Assembly (NCBI GenBank): GCA_036960805.1 | Contig: JBALXL010000002.1 | Coordinates: 75,052 to 139,051, forward strand | Source: Pseudomonadales bacterium | GTDB lineage: Bacteria > Pseudomonadota > Gammaproteobacteria > Pseudomonadales > IMCC2047 | Length of the DNA stretch: 64,000 bases | Reading direction: 5' to 3' | Position numbers and translations under genes: made by a program | Part shown: piece after piece, positions 26,869 through 37,403 of the stretch | Layout of the letters: each line of letters starts with the position of its first letter | How positions within the stretch are numbered: position 1 is the stretch's first letter | Notes under the pieces: generated by a model | The model's input: only the letters and a program-made list of their open reading frames with translations | What the model was told of the DNA's origin: nothing | The model's database searches: none

Positions 26869-28242
26869 CTAGTTGATAGATATATAACCCATCAAGCCGG
26901 TCTTCATATGCTCTACTACGTGACAATGAAACATCCAGCGTCCAGGGTTATCAGCGACAAAAGCAACTTTCACTTTCTCATTACGCGCCAATAAAACGGT
27001 ATCCGTATGGTAAGGCGTAATTTTACGTTTATTGGATGACAAGACTGTAAAGGTAATGCCATGCATATGAATAGGATGATGATGCGGCGTAGCGTTGTGC
27101 AGTTCCACCACATAACTGTGATTCAGCTTCAGTCTGGCCAGCGGCGCGGGAATAGCCTCCTTGCTCATACCTTCCCAGGCGCGACGATTAATAGTCCAGA
27201 AGCTATGGTTAACGCTACCATCAGCATTCACAGGCGATAATGCGCCAGCCCATTCGAATACTAATTTCAGATGCTCAGCATTTTTCAAATCCGGCTCTGG
27301 AATAGGGTTAACCGGTAATGACGGCACTTCAGTGCGTAAAGGCTGATTACTGGCCACGGTACGGAACCGGAAAATCTCGAAATATCCACGGCCTTTTTTA
27401 TCATAGACAATGACCTCTTGCCCCACTTGAGAAGGCGCAATAAAACCCACATCCAGACGCATGCCCGCCCCCGTGTCACGAGAATCAAGCGTATAAGGTT
27501 CGGCTATCGCGTTACCGTCATGCGCTAATACCTGTGCAGGATAATCCTTAAACGATAGGTGATAGACACGGGTATTATCAAGGTTTAGAAAACGCGATCG
27601 TACCGTGCCGCCGGCAGGAATATCCAATATCGGTTTGATCAAACCGTTGATAGTTTTAACAGTGCCTAATGTGCCCGCTCTCGCAGCTTGCCTCGGGTCT
27701 GAGAGGGACAACCAACCACCCTCTTTATCCAATCGCCAATCACGTAGCTGCACCACCGCCTCATGGTCAAAAGCAACAGGTTCGGCTTCCTCAACAATAA
27801 AGGCACCGGTTAAACCTTTACCCAATTGAGTAAGACTATTAACGTGCGGGTGATACCAAAAGGTACCTGCATCCGGACAAATAAAATCATAAAGAAAACT
27901 AGCACCTGCCGGAATGGGCGGTTGCGTTAGAAACGGCACGCCATCCATGGAGTTTTCGATCCGTATACCATGCCAATGAATCGTAGTCGGTTCGTTAAGA
28001 CGATTAATAAAACGAATACGGATGCGCTTGCCCTGTTGAGCGCGAATGACCGGCGCGGGGAAATCCCCATTAAAGGTCAGAGCTGCGGTTTGTTTACCGG
28101 GAAGCAACTCAATCGACGTCGGTTCGGCTATCAACTCAAAATCAGCATCGCCATCCGATTCGCTCAATGTAAACTTAGGCACACTGCAGGCCGTTAAGCC
28201 TAAGCAACTGGCCTGTAAAAATGCTCGTCGAGTTAGTGACAC
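26869..28242 (-). CDS. Tat-exported multicopper oxidase
   Basis: 457 aa. Twin-arginine signal MSLTRRAFLQAS. Copper sites HWHGIRI, WYHPH, HPIHMHG and HCHVVEHMKTGLMG. Confidence 0.9.
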   Translation of the reverse strand: MSLTRRAFLQASCLGLTACSVPKFTLSESDGDADFELIAEPTSIELLPGKQTAALTFNGDFPAPVIRAQQGKRIRIRFINRLNEPTTIHWHGIRIENSMDGVPFLTQPPIPAGASFLYDFICPDAGTFWYHPHVNSLTQLGKGLTGAFIVEEAEPVAFDHEAVVQLRDWRLDKEGGWLSLSDPRQAARAGTLGTVKTINGLIKPILDIPAGGTVRSRFLNLDNTRVYHLSFKDYPAQVLAHDGNAIAEPYTLDSRDTGAGMRLDVGFIAPSQVGQEVIVYDKKGRGYFEIFRFRTVASNQPLRTEVPSLPVNPIPEPDLKNAEHLKLVFEWAGALSPVNADGSVNHSFWTINRRAWEGMSKEAIPAPLARLKLNHSYVVELHNATPHHHPIHMHGITFTVLSSNKRKITPYHTDTVLLARNEKVKVAFVADNPGRWMFHCHVVEHMKTGLMGYISIN

Positions 28243-28270
28243 CTGAATTGCTCCCGAAAAAACCTATTGA

Positions 28271-29365
28271 TTATACGTGTAACGTTAAGTGGTTATCCCA
28301 GCGTGTCGCATTAGCCTGTGCGATTAATTCCAGAGAATCCGCAACGCTAAATAACTGCCCCAGGCCATTGCTCACTACAAAACCATCAGCTGCAGATACA
28401 TAGGCAGCCCCAGCGACATCTTTCACTCTAAATTGATTTAATAACCGCTGCTGTGAGACATCCCAAAGATTGACCACACTACCTCGTGGCGAAGTCGTCA
28501 ACGCTCGTGACCCCGAATGGTTCATCGCCACGCTGGCAATATAATGATGCTGGGCCAACCATGTGCCAGTATCAGCTTGCATAGCTTGAAGTGGCTGTCC
28601 GGCTCGATGAGAAAACACCATCGGCCCGCTATAGTCTTCACCACCATCGGTATTGAACTGTGCGCCCACCACCACACTGCCGTTTGTTGCGACATCCAAA
28701 TGACGTAAACTCAAGTGTCGCCGCGGTGATTCAAGTCGATCTTTAATGTTGCCGTCACGGCTATCCAAATATACTAACGCCGACTGCATAGACTCTAAAT
28801 TGAGCTTTTTACGACCCTGATCAGGATGGGTTTGCAACCCGCCAAGAGCGATGGCTAACGTAAACCCATCCGGCATCATCGCCAACTGGTGTGGCCCAAT
28901 ACCTCCCAGATCAAACGCGTCTACGCGCTGATAATTGGCCGTTGCATCGTAAACGCCGATAACACCTCGGCCCTGTTCAGCATAAATATTTTCCGGCACA
29001 AACAACCAGCGCCCATCAACAGAAAATACCGCATGGCCATAAAAGTGCCGATCAGAAGCGGCGCTTATTTGCTGCTTAAGTCTACCTGCTGATACATCAA
29101 CTATATAAATAGCATTACCCGGTCGACGCGCCACAAAAATTGCGTCGTCAGTGCCTGGCCGTATTATCGGTGCATGAGCACGCTGTTCAACAGGGATTCG
29201 AAACTTCTGCCCTTCGCCCAGTTGCCAAGCACTCAAGGTATGTTGATTCTTATCATCCGAGGCAGATAGCAATAACGGCTGCTGCTGACGACCGCAGCCT
29301 ACCAGTGGCAACGTGCTTAACGTACCGCCAGCCAGTGCCAGCTGCAAAAACTTTCGGCGTTGCAC
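28271..29365 (-). CDS. DUF1513 family periplasmic protein (Tat signal)
   Basis: The GTG at 29365 gives (M)QRRKFLQLALAGG, 2 nt after the upstream stop. The body looks like a beta-propeller. It is the usual fourth gene of imelysin/DUF1111 clusters. The track start at 29407 (TTG) would overlap the upstream gene. Confidence 0.75.
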   Translation of the reverse strand: MQRRKFLQLALAGGTLSTLPLVGCGRQQQPLLLSASDDKNQHTLSAWQLGEGQKFRIPVEQRAHAPIIRPGTDDAIFVARRPGNAIYIVDVSAGRLKQQISAASDRHFYGHAVFSVDGRWLFVPENIYAEQGRGVIGVYDATANYQRVDAFDLGGIGPHQLAMMPDGFTLAIALGGLQTHPDQGRKKLNLESMQSALVYLDSRDGNIKDRLESPRRHLSLRHLDVATNGSVVVGAQFNTDGGEDYSGPMVFSHRAGQPLQAMQADTGTWLAQHHYIASVAMNHSGSRALTTSPRGSVVNLWDVSQQRLLNQFRVKDVAGAAYVSAADGFVVSNGLGQLFSVADSLELIAQANATRWDNHLTLHV

Positions 29366-29366
29366 G

Positions 29367-30539
29367 TTAATCGCCGTCGTTACTATTAAAGCCAAGTTGA
29401 ATACCAAGGCTTTCAGGTAATTGATTCAAGTCAGACTGCAGTTTCTCCAGATCCTTATATAAAGCAAACAGTGCTAGATATTGCTTTGATTCTTTAGCAC
29501 GCGATTTTTTAAGCTGCGTAAATAGCGGCCCTTTCAATACGGCAAACTGCTTATTCACATCGATAAAGGTTGTGTCGATGCTCTGTAACAACGTCGCATC
29601 CACCTTCCGCTCTTCAGTAAGGTAATCAATCAAACCATAGCCATTATTGCCTCGATAGAGCTGCTCCAGTGACGCCACACTTGCTTGCATTAGTGGCAAT
29701 GAATGCTCACTACGCCACGACTCCAGGCGATAAGGTTTGGTTCGTCCATCAGGCTTATTACTGGCAAGAGGAATACCCAATTTATTACGCTTAACCATCT
29801 CCGTGCCGACAACCAGTGTATTAAGTAACTCACCTAATGCCGCATTATTATCAGGATATTGCGCATTATCTTCACCAGGCTGCGAGAGCTGATCGGCAAA
29901 ACCATGCTGATTAACGTCGCCGCGCCATTGTGACACCAACTGATAAGTAACCTGTTGGACGCGTGTTGTAATCGCCTGCAGCATCTGACAGCGGCGCTGC
30001 GCCTGTGGATCATTGGTATAGCGTTTTAAAGTACCACCACGCTCATCAAACAATAAATATTCCAGTGCAGCCAAACCCTGTACCGAAATACTGGCGGAAG
30101 CAATTCGCTCAGCAGATAGCACCTCATCACTGGCTATTAAAGCTTCAATTTTCTTGCGTGTTAAATCCTTACGATCTGGCCAGAATTGTAACTTCCATTG
30201 CAGATTACCGTCTTCAATCGGCCCAAAACCGATGGGTTGTACTCGCGCCCAGGCGGTCATGGTATCGCGCCATTGTTGCTGTAATTGCGGTTGTAAGGTG
30301 GCCTTTTCCTGGCTTGCCTGACAAAACGCGGCAGCCTCTACAACTAGCGTGCTAGCCTGGGCATCCAATTCAACATACCAGGGCGTGATGATGTCGTGGG
30401 CGGCATGAGCTAATAGCTTTTGTTCCGCTGACTCATCGCTGCAAGCCACTAAAAACAGGCTGACAATCATTAACGATAACCATCGGCAACCGATACTTCT
30501 TCGGTTCAAACGCTGACGGATTAATTTAGCATTATTCAT
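29367..30539 (-). CDS. Imelysin-like (peptidase M75 fold) lipoprotein, second copy
   Basis: ~390 aa. Start MNNAKLIRQRLN..SLFLVAC (lipobox). The alternative GTG at 30557 would overlap the upstream stop. It holds the usual position between DUF1111 and DUF1513. Confidence 0.7.
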   Translation of the reverse strand: MNNAKLIRQRLNRRSIGCRWLSLMIVSLFLVACSDESAEQKLLAHAAHDIITPWYVELDAQASTLVVEAAAFCQASQEKATLQPQLQQQWRDTMTAWARVQPIGFGPIEDGNLQWKLQFWPDRKDLTRKKIEALIASDEVLSAERIASASISVQGLAALEYLLFDERGGTLKRYTNDPQAQRRCQMLQAITTRVQQVTYQLVSQWRGDVNQHGFADQLSQPGEDNAQYPDNNAALGELLNTLVVGTEMVKRNKLGIPLASNKPDGRTKPYRLESWRSEHSLPLMQASVASLEQLYRGNNGYGLIDYLTEERKVDATLLQSIDTTFIDVNKQFAVLKGPLFTQLKKSRAKESKQYLALFALYKDLEKLQSDLNQLPESLGIQLGFNSNDGD

Positions 30540-30553
30540 TGTTAGTTTTCCGT

Positions 30554-31975
30554 TCACAGATTCTCAATATAACTCAGTAAATCGTGCCGCTGATTTCGTG
30601 TCATTTGTTCAACTTTTTCTCGGCTATGCTGCGCTTCACCACCATGCCAAAGAATAGCTTCCAGTACGCTACGAGCGCGGCCATCATGAAGAAAACCAAC
30701 TTGTGGCGCAACTTTTTTGGCCAGACCAATGCCCCACAAGGGTGCCGTTCGCCACTCTCGTCCACTGGCAGAAAATACCGGACGATCATCAGCCAACTCA
30801 TCGCCCATATCGTGCAATAACAAATCCGTATAGGGGTAGATTGTTCGGTTGGATAACCACGGGTAATGTGACTCCGCAGTTTTCAAAACAGGCCGGTGAC
30901 AGCTTTGACAACCCGCTGCTGCAAATAACATTTCACCCTGGATATACGCGTCGTTTTTAACGGCTTGCGAATTAGGCACCGCCAAATTCGCCACATACAA
31001 AGTCACACGTTCAAGTAATTTATCAGGGATTTCAGGCGTGCCACCATTTTCAGTATTCTGGCAACGAACCTCTGTAAGAGTACAATTCTGACGTGTCACC
31101 AGTTCAGAGCTAATGCCCATATCAGCATGAAATGCTGCGGCGCTTTGCTGCAGAACACTGGGTTGCTCTGCTTTCCAGCCAAAACGCCCCATCTTCTTCT
31201 GCTGCGTTACAATATCCCAAACTCGGTTTTCTCGCCCAGAAATACCATCGCCGTCAGCATCATCGGCATCTTCCCATTGCAACAGCAATTGTTCCGGCAC
31301 TGCTTCAAGCAACCCCATGCCCGTTAACACCGCCGCACTGCGTACTGATGTATCAAGCTCCGATACCATTTCGCCATAACCTAACCGGAGCAACCTCAAT
31401 TGAGGTTTTCTTAACTTAACTGTTTCGCCATCGGCTAAGGTACGTACCACTTCGCTATAGCGAATAAAGGCCTGCCCTTCAGGGCGTACGCCAGGAACAG
31501 CCTGATTCTGCAATTGCCCGCCATAACTCGGTTCTGGAATAAATCCCGCTTTACCCACAGCTCGCCCTATCGACAGGCTAAGGCTAAGCCTGACCACTTG
31601 ATGCTGTAACGGTTTATTTTCTAACGGTGCCAACCCACGGCCAGTTGCCACATGACAGCTGCCACAACTGTTGGCGTTATAAAGTGGCCCAAGCCCATCA
31701 CGAGCCGTGGTGGTGGCAGGTGCCTGCACCCAGGCGTTACGGAAAAAGCTACGCCCCACGGCAAAGTCCAGCTGTTCCAACAGCGGCATAGCCTGATCGG
31801 GTTGCGCAAACACATGACGCATGGATACTTGAAGAGCGGCGTCAGGATCCTCGGTCATGTAATCGGAAGTATCTGTATTTTCGGCTAACGGTTCGACAGG
31901 TGAACAGGCCATCAATGTCGATAACAACAGAGAAAATGCAATCGTTGGTAGTATGTGAAGCGGAAATAACCGCAT
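30554..31975 (-). CDS. DUF1111 di-haem cytochrome c peroxidase-like protein (so-called thiol oxidoreductase)
   Basis: The ATG at 31975 gives the lipoprotein signal MRLFPLHILPTIAFSLLLSTLMAC. Two haem sites, CGSCH and CQSCH. The track ORF extends to 32047. Confidence 0.8.
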   Translation of the reverse strand: MRLFPLHILPTIAFSLLLSTLMACSPVEPLAENTDTSDYMTEDPDAALQVSMRHVFAQPDQAMPLLEQLDFAVGRSFFRNAWVQAPATTTARDGLGPLYNANSCGSCHVATGRGLAPLENKPLQHQVVRLSLSLSIGRAVGKAGFIPEPSYGGQLQNQAVPGVRPEGQAFIRYSEVVRTLADGETVKLRKPQLRLLRLGYGEMVSELDTSVRSAAVLTGMGLLEAVPEQLLLQWEDADDADGDGISGRENRVWDIVTQQKKMGRFGWKAEQPSVLQQSAAAFHADMGISSELVTRQNCTLTEVRCQNTENGGTPEIPDKLLERVTLYVANLAVPNSQAVKNDAYIQGEMLFAAAGCQSCHRPVLKTAESHYPWLSNRTIYPYTDLLLHDMGDELADDRPVFSASGREWRTAPLWGIGLAKKVAPQVGFLHDGRARSVLEAILWHGGEAQHSREKVEQMTRNQRHDLLSYIENL

Positions 31976-32127
31976 TGAGGATACCTGCTGAAAAAAACAA
32001 AGGAGGTTACCTGCTGGCAACCTCCTCAATTTAGCCTGAATCGTCATTCGCCGATTCGGGCAATATCACTAACCATCAGGCCTAAACGCTAGCGACCTGC
32101 GCTGCGCTAATCACGCTGAAAAATCAA

Positions 32128-33372
32128 TTAAAAGTCATGGCCCGCGGTATCGGGTTGCAGGTTATTTACATTAATGACTCGCGCAACACCTTCAATAGCC
32201 CGAGTTTCAGCGACCAACGCGTGAATAGCGTCACGGATGATTTTCTGACCAGCTTCGTTGCCTTCAGCAATCATCTGGTCATATTTCATTCCCAGCTGCT
32301 CGGCACTTTCCACCATCACCTCAAAACTGGCTGTTGTTACATCAAAGGCAGCGCGAGCCGCCTCATCAATTTGTGTATCTTTGGCTCGTACCAGATCAGA
32401 CAAGGATGCACCTTCTACCACCGCGCCATTAATCCGTTGATAACTGCCGAAATACACATTGCGGATACCATGAGCATTATAGAAGTGTGAATTATGAGTG
32501 TTATCACTGAAGCAGTCGTGCTCGTCTTCCGGCGAGTTAGCTTCCAGTGAAACCTTGAGACGCTCACCGGCTAGTTCGCCCAACGCTAGGCTGCCCATGC
32601 CAAACAGCATAATATCCAGGCCTTCCTGCGGCTCGCTGCTCAATAATTCTACGCGGTAATTATTTGTCTGCCCCGCAGCCCACTGATTCTCCATATAGGT
32701 CAAATCATCAACCAACAGCTGCACTGCCGCACGTAAATAGTCAGCGCGACGCTCACAATGTCCGCCTGTGCAGTTTTCATCAGCCATATAATCCGTATAA
32801 GGACGCTCACCAGCACCAGCATTGGTGCCGTTTAGATCCTGGCCCCACAATAAAAATTCAATGGCGTGATAGCCCGTCGCCACATTGGCTTCCGAACCGG
32901 CCAGTTCATTGAGGCTAGCCAACAGTTCCGGCGTCAATACGGAGGTATCAATGATTTCACCGCCAACATTTAATTCAGTGCTGGCAATAATATTCATCTC
33001 CGCACCTTCATTACCCAGCTCAAAACTATAATCACTGGCCACATAATCAATCAGACCTTCGTCCAACGGCCAGGCATTCAACTGACCTTCCCAGTCATCC
33101 ACCACTACATTACCAAAACGGAATACTTCACTTTGCTGATAAGGAATACGCGCCTGTTTCCAGGTCTGCTGAGCCGTTTTAAGCGCTTTTTCGCTCGGCG
33201 CAGCCAGCAAGGCGTCGGTTGTTTTTTGCAGCGCTAACGCAGTAATCAATGCATCTTCATAGGTGGCATGAGCTAAGTTCGCGTAATTCTCAACGACTTC
33301 GCGCTCATTAACCGCCGCTACAGCCATAGTTGTACTTAACATTACGGCCAAAGCCATCAAAATACGTTGCAT
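32128..33372 (-). CDS. Imelysin / iron-regulated protein A-like periplasmic protein
   Basis: The ATG at 33372 (AAGGAT upstream) gives MQRILMALAVMLSTTMAVAA. HAIEFLLWGQD is the imelysin HxxE-type motif region. It is the first gene of the cluster. Confidence 0.75.
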   Translation of the reverse strand: MQRILMALAVMLSTTMAVAAVNEREVVENYANLAHATYEDALITALALQKTTDALLAAPSEKALKTAQQTWKQARIPYQQSEVFRFGNVVVDDWEGQLNAWPLDEGLIDYVASDYSFELGNEGAEMNIIASTELNVGGEIIDTSVLTPELLASLNELAGSEANVATGYHAIEFLLWGQDLNGTNAGAGERPYTDYMADENCTGGHCERRADYLRAAVQLLVDDLTYMENQWAAGQTNNYRVELLSSEPQEGLDIMLFGMGSLALGELAGERLKVSLEANSPEDEHDCFSDNTHNSHFYNAHGIRNVYFGSYQRINGAVVEGASLSDLVRAKDTQIDEAARAAFDVTTASFEVMVESAEQLGMKYDQMIAEGNEAGQKIIRDAIHALVAETRAIEGVARVINVNNLQPDTAGHDF

Positions 33373-33471
33373 CAATCCATCCTTTTTAGGAGTCACTTTG
33401 TCATCGCCGTTAATCTTAAAAGCAGCTCTGCACAAAGGAAAACAGTTCAGTCATTTAACAGCCGGAAAGGG

Positions 33472-33500
33472 TATTATAATTGAGAACTATTCGCAAATAG
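33472..33500. promoter_or_regulatory. Candidate Fur box upstream of the imelysin cluster
   Basis: tattataattgagaactattcgcaaatag. The core ATAAT(T)GAGAACTATT resembles ATAATGAGAATCATT with one extra base. It lies 100-130 nt upstream of the 33372 start. Confidence 0.35.
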
Positions 33501-33518
33501 TTTACGCGCAGCGACCGA

Positions 33519-35075
33519 CTAAGCAGAGCCAACCTTAAAATCAATGCCCTGCGCCAATGGCAATTCCGCGCCCCAGTTAATAGTATTAGTCTGACGCCGC
33601 ATGTAATTTTGCCAGGCATCGGAACCCGCCTCACGTCCACCTCCAGTGTCTTTTTCACCACCAAAAGCACCACCAATTTCCGCACCAGAAGTGCCGATAT
33701 TGATATTAGCAATGCCACAATCACTGCCCACCGCCGACAAATACTGCTCAGCGTGCTGTAGATTATTAGTAAACAGCGCCGATGAAAGCCCCTGCGTCAC
33801 ATCATTTTGCAGCTTGATTGCGTCGCTAAGCTGACTGAATTTCATCACGTATAACAATGGCCCAAAAGTTTCACGTTGCACCATTGGCCAATGATTTTCC
33901 GCCGTCATAATCGTCGGCGTGACAAAAAAACCACTTCCTTCAACAGGTTGCCCTCCACACAATATTTTACCGCCCTGTGTCTGCGCCTCAATAATCGCTG
34001 AGAGATAGGTCTGCCGCGCCGCCTCATCAACTAAAGGCCCCATTAACACGCCCTGCTGCAAAGGGTTAGCAATAGACACCTGCGCGTAGGCTGCAAGCAA
34101 TCGCTCAATCACCTCGTTATACACTGACTCATGTAAAAACAAACGTCGCGTAGTGGTACACCGCTGTCCTGCCGTGCCCACGCTGCCAAAAACAATCGCA
34201 GGTATTACTAGATCCAGATTAGCCGTTGCGTCAATAATCAGGGCATTATTACCGCTCAGTTCCAGCAGGCTTTTACCCATTCGGTCCGCCACTACGCCAG
34301 CAACTTTTCTGCCAACATCGGTAGAGCCCGTAAAGGACACCAACGCGACATTACGATCAGCAACCAAGCGCTGTACATATTCCGTACCCGGTTCTATAAA
34401 CAGACTTAATAGCGGAGGTAAATTTTCTTCGCGCATCACCTCAGCGCACAATTTTTGTACCGCAATCGCGCATAACGGCGTTTTCGCTGACGGCCGCCAT
34501 ACCACCGAATTACCCGTGATCAATGCGTTGAAAGCATTCCATGCCCAGACCGCCACAGGGAAGTTAAAGGCGGTAATCACAGCCACCACACCCAACGGCT
34601 GCCACTGTTCATACATGCGATGTTGCGGGCGCTCCGAATGCAGGGTTTTACCGTACATCATGCGCGATTGACCAACAGCAAAGTCGGCCATGTCGATCAT
34701 TTCCTGCACTTCGCCAAGCCCTTCGGGAAAAATCTTCCCCATTTCCATCGCTACCAAGCGTCCCAGCTCAGCTTTGCGCTCACGCAGTCGAATGCCAATT
34801 TTACGCACCAGTTCGCCGCGCACCGGGGCTGGTACTTGTCGCCATTGCTCTGCCGCCGCTTGAGCATTCGCTAACACCGCGTGATAACTTTTATCATCAC
34901 AACAAGCCACCTGCGCCAGATTTTCTCCCGTAGCAGGATTAATCGATACTAACGACTGTCCTTCTTTACTCGTCAGCCAGTCACGGCCATCAAAAGCACC
35001 CGAATTTAATGATTCGATGTGCAGTGCTCTCAACGTCTCACGGCACTTAGTTTCCAACGCCTGCTCAATATCCAT
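33519..35075 (-). CDS. amaB: ALDH7-type aldehyde dehydrogenase (piperideine-6-carboxylate / aminoadipate semialdehyde dehydrogenase-like)
   Basis: ~518 aa from MDIEQ. GEVQEMIDMADFAVGQSRMMYGKTLHSERPQHRMYEQWQPLGVVAVITAFNFPVAVWAWNA closely matches the antiquitin/AmaB signature as I recall it. The catalytic region contains GQRCTT. Confidence 0.75.
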   Translation of the reverse strand: MDIEQALETKCRETLRALHIESLNSGAFDGRDWLTSKEGQSLVSINPATGENLAQVACCDDKSYHAVLANAQAAAEQWRQVPAPVRGELVRKIGIRLRERKAELGRLVAMEMGKIFPEGLGEVQEMIDMADFAVGQSRMMYGKTLHSERPQHRMYEQWQPLGVVAVITAFNFPVAVWAWNAFNALITGNSVVWRPSAKTPLCAIAVQKLCAEVMREENLPPLLSLFIEPGTEYVQRLVADRNVALVSFTGSTDVGRKVAGVVADRMGKSLLELSGNNALIIDATANLDLVIPAIVFGSVGTAGQRCTTTRRLFLHESVYNEVIERLLAAYAQVSIANPLQQGVLMGPLVDEAARQTYLSAIIEAQTQGGKILCGGQPVEGSGFFVTPTIMTAENHWPMVQRETFGPLLYVMKFSQLSDAIKLQNDVTQGLSSALFTNNLQHAEQYLSAVGSDCGIANINIGTSGAEIGGAFGGEKDTGGGREAGSDAWQNYMRRQTNTINWGAELPLAQGIDFKVGSA

Positions 35076-35238
35076 ATAGCCCCCTATTCCAATCACTGCG
35101 GATTATCTGTTCCATATGAAATTAGAACCAGCTCCGGCTCATTTGGTTCACCCTCGCAAACGTAAGAGTCATATCAACAGGAAACCTCTGAGCACAAGTA
35201 AGGTCTAAATTTTTAACCTATAAAAATATTTGCACTCT

Positions 35239-36447
35239 ATGACTCAGCAGCAAGCCCATACAAGGGCAAGCCCTGCATCGTCAGAACTTGCCCACTTTGC
35301 AGCCTCTGTGGCAGCTCACCTCAAAGCCACGGAGACAGGCTGGCTTTATCATCCTGATAACCCCGCCGCGTTACTGTCGCTGCGCGAAGATAAGCAACCT
35401 GTTCACCTCGAATTAACCCCTTTTACGGCCCAACCTCAACCCGTTGATGCCGCGCCTTTTTTCAGAGACATCACCACCATGGCTGACTTGCTGCAGGCCT
35501 ATCGCGCTGCCAAAGCCACTTGCACTCCTGAACCTGATAGCCAGGTTCACCCCTACGCAAGTCAATATCTCGAAGAGCGCCTGCATTCGGCACACCACAG
35601 CTATAGCGCGGCAGATGCGCGCCGAGTCGCACAGTGGGTGAGCACGCTGGATTGTTATGCGGCGGTAAAAAGCGTGGAAAGCCTGCTTGACTGTCACAGC
35701 AATCTCACTCTCTTTGAGCTTGCTGAGCAAAAGGATTGGCAGGTGCATTTTGACCATCTCGCCATTCGCTGCGGATCAGCACAACATCACCACGCAGAAA
35801 CCATGATCGAAGCGTTACAGCACCATCACGGTTACGTGCAGTCACATATTAGGTCGCAGAAATATTACCAGTTCGACGATGGCTGGAATGCTTATCCACT
35901 CTACAAAATCCTTAATAATGGCCAGGTCATTCGACTGTTCGTTGATCAATCCAACGCCAATGCACCGCTACAAATTATTCAGCACTGGAATCGTAGCTAC
36001 GGTTTTAATGCACACCATTTAGCGCTACGTGTTACTCGGGTTGTCGATCATCAATGCCAGGCAGTACCATTAACAGAGGTTATCGCAGCGTTGGCCGACG
36101 CCAATGTAGATACCCTGACGCCAACCGGCTTTTACACTCACGGACTGCTCGAACAAGTGTTCCAGAAACCTCGCCGTAATACCGACGTGCCCACAGAACT
36201 AAACCATGAACTGGAGCTTATTGATGACAGCCTCACACGCACTATCGAGAACGGCAAACTCATCGAGCTAGTATCAAGGAGGGAGCTTCCCTCACACTTG
36301 GCAGAGCAACTTTTTAGCCTCTACCACATCAAGATGCCCAGAAAAAACAAAGCACTTTCGGCACCTATTTATCCTTATTTTCTACCCGCGCAGGCGGCTC
36401 ACGTCATTTTAACATCCTTGGAAACCCAATCTGAAAGCAGCGAATAG
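35239..36447 (+). CDS. Hypothetical protein, possibly a DUF1338/VOC-type metalloenzyme
   Basis: ~402 aa from the ATG at 35239. His-rich: VHFDHLAIRCGSAQHHHAE, QHHHGYV, NAHHLALRV. The H-x3-R spacing recalls HglS-type DUF1338 enzymes, but the overall motif spacing does not match well. It ends 12 nt before the arginase gene. Confidence 0.6.
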   Translation: MTQQQAHTRASPASSELAHFAASVAAHLKATETGWLYHPDNPAALLSLREDKQPVHLELTPFTAQPQPVDAAPFFRDITTMADLLQAYRAAKATCTPEPDSQVHPYASQYLEERLHSAHHSYSAADARRVAQWVSTLDCYAAVKSVESLLDCHSNLTLFELAEQKDWQVHFDHLAIRCGSAQHHHAETMIEALQHHHGYVQSHIRSQKYYQFDDGWNAYPLYKILNNGQVIRLFVDQSNANAPLQIIQHWNRSYGFNAHHLALRVTRVVDHQCQAVPLTEVIAALADANVDTLTPTGFYTHGLLEQVFQKPRRNTDVPTELNHELELIDDSLTRTIENGKLIELVSRRELPSHLAEQLFSLYHIKMPRKNKALSAPIYPYFLPAQAAHVILTSLETQSESSE

Positions 36448-36459
36448 GAGCCCCATAAT

Positions 36460-37380
36460 ATGCATAACAACAGGCTCAGATCTTTCAACAGCGTATCAGC
36501 AAATAAATCAACGGCAGGCATCAGCCTGATTGGCGCAGCATCATCATTAGGTTGCCCAATTGCCGGCAGTGAGCGAGCGCCGTTCACACTGCAAAACAAA
36601 GGCTTAGTCGAAGCGCTTGAAATCCAAGGTATTGCCGCCCAATGGCACAGTATTATTCGCGACGAACCAGCCTCTTCAGTAATCGACTCACTGGTCAACC
36701 TCAGTCAGCAGCTGGCCGACAATGTCGCGAAACAACTTTTCAATCATCAATTTTTTGCAGTCCTTGGTGGGGATCATGCCTGTGCAATCGGCACTTGGAG
36801 TGGTGTTTATCAAGCCCGCAAAGGCAAACCTTTTGGGCTCATTTGGGTTGATGCCCATATGGACAGCCACACCCCGCAAAGCTCACATAGCGGCGCTTTA
36901 CACGGTATGCCGCTAGCCTGCTTACTCGGACACGGCGACAAACGCCTCAAACAGCTTGCGAATCCAGGTCCAGCCATTCAACCACAAAACCTGTGCCTGA
37001 TTGGCGTACGTAGTTTTGAGGCAGAAGAACAGCTGCTGCTAAGAGATCTCGGCGTACGCGTTTTCACCATGCAGGAAATTGAACAACGCGGTATGGAGCA
37101 GATAATGCGCGAAGCATTACATATCGTCACCGCCGAAACTGACGCCTTTGGTCTATCCATTGACCTTGACGCCATTGACCCACAACTGGCGCCCGCCGTT
37201 AGTATTACAGAACCCGGCGGATTACAGCTAAAAGACATCAATGCCCTGTTACGTCCGCTGGCAACAAGCGCTGAATTTATCGGCATGGAGATCGCCGAAT
37301 ATAACCCAAACTTTGAAAAGGACGGCATAACAGCACGCCTGATAAACAGTATTTTAGCCGCTAGCGTTAGTCATCATTAA
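36460..37380 (+). CDS. rocF: Arginase
   Basis: 306 aa. AGGAG Shine-Dalgarno. Ureohydrolase Mn motifs GGDHACAIG, VDAHMDSHTP, SGALHGMPLA (arginase-type) and SIDLDAIDP. Confidence 0.8.
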   Translation: MHNNRLRSFNSVSANKSTAGISLIGAASSLGCPIAGSERAPFTLQNKGLVEALEIQGIAAQWHSIIRDEPASSVIDSLVNLSQQLADNVAKQLFNHQFFAVLGGDHACAIGTWSGVYQARKGKPFGLIWVDAHMDSHTPQSSHSGALHGMPLACLLGHGDKRLKQLANPGPAIQPQNLCLIGVRSFEAEEQLLLRDLGVRVFTMQEIEQRGMEQIMREALHIVTAETDAFGLSIDLDAIDPQLAPAVSITEPGGLQLKDINALLRPLATSAEFIGMEIAEYNPNFEKDGITARLINSILAASVSHH

Positions 37381-37403
37381 ACGTCACATCACTCAATCGG
37401 GAG

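Noticed and set aside
33455-33724. 89-aa minus-strand ORF overlapping the amaB 3' end
   Set aside because: It is out of frame with a well-supported ALDH gene, and its translation is Leu/Arg/Val-rich, typical of a shadow frame.
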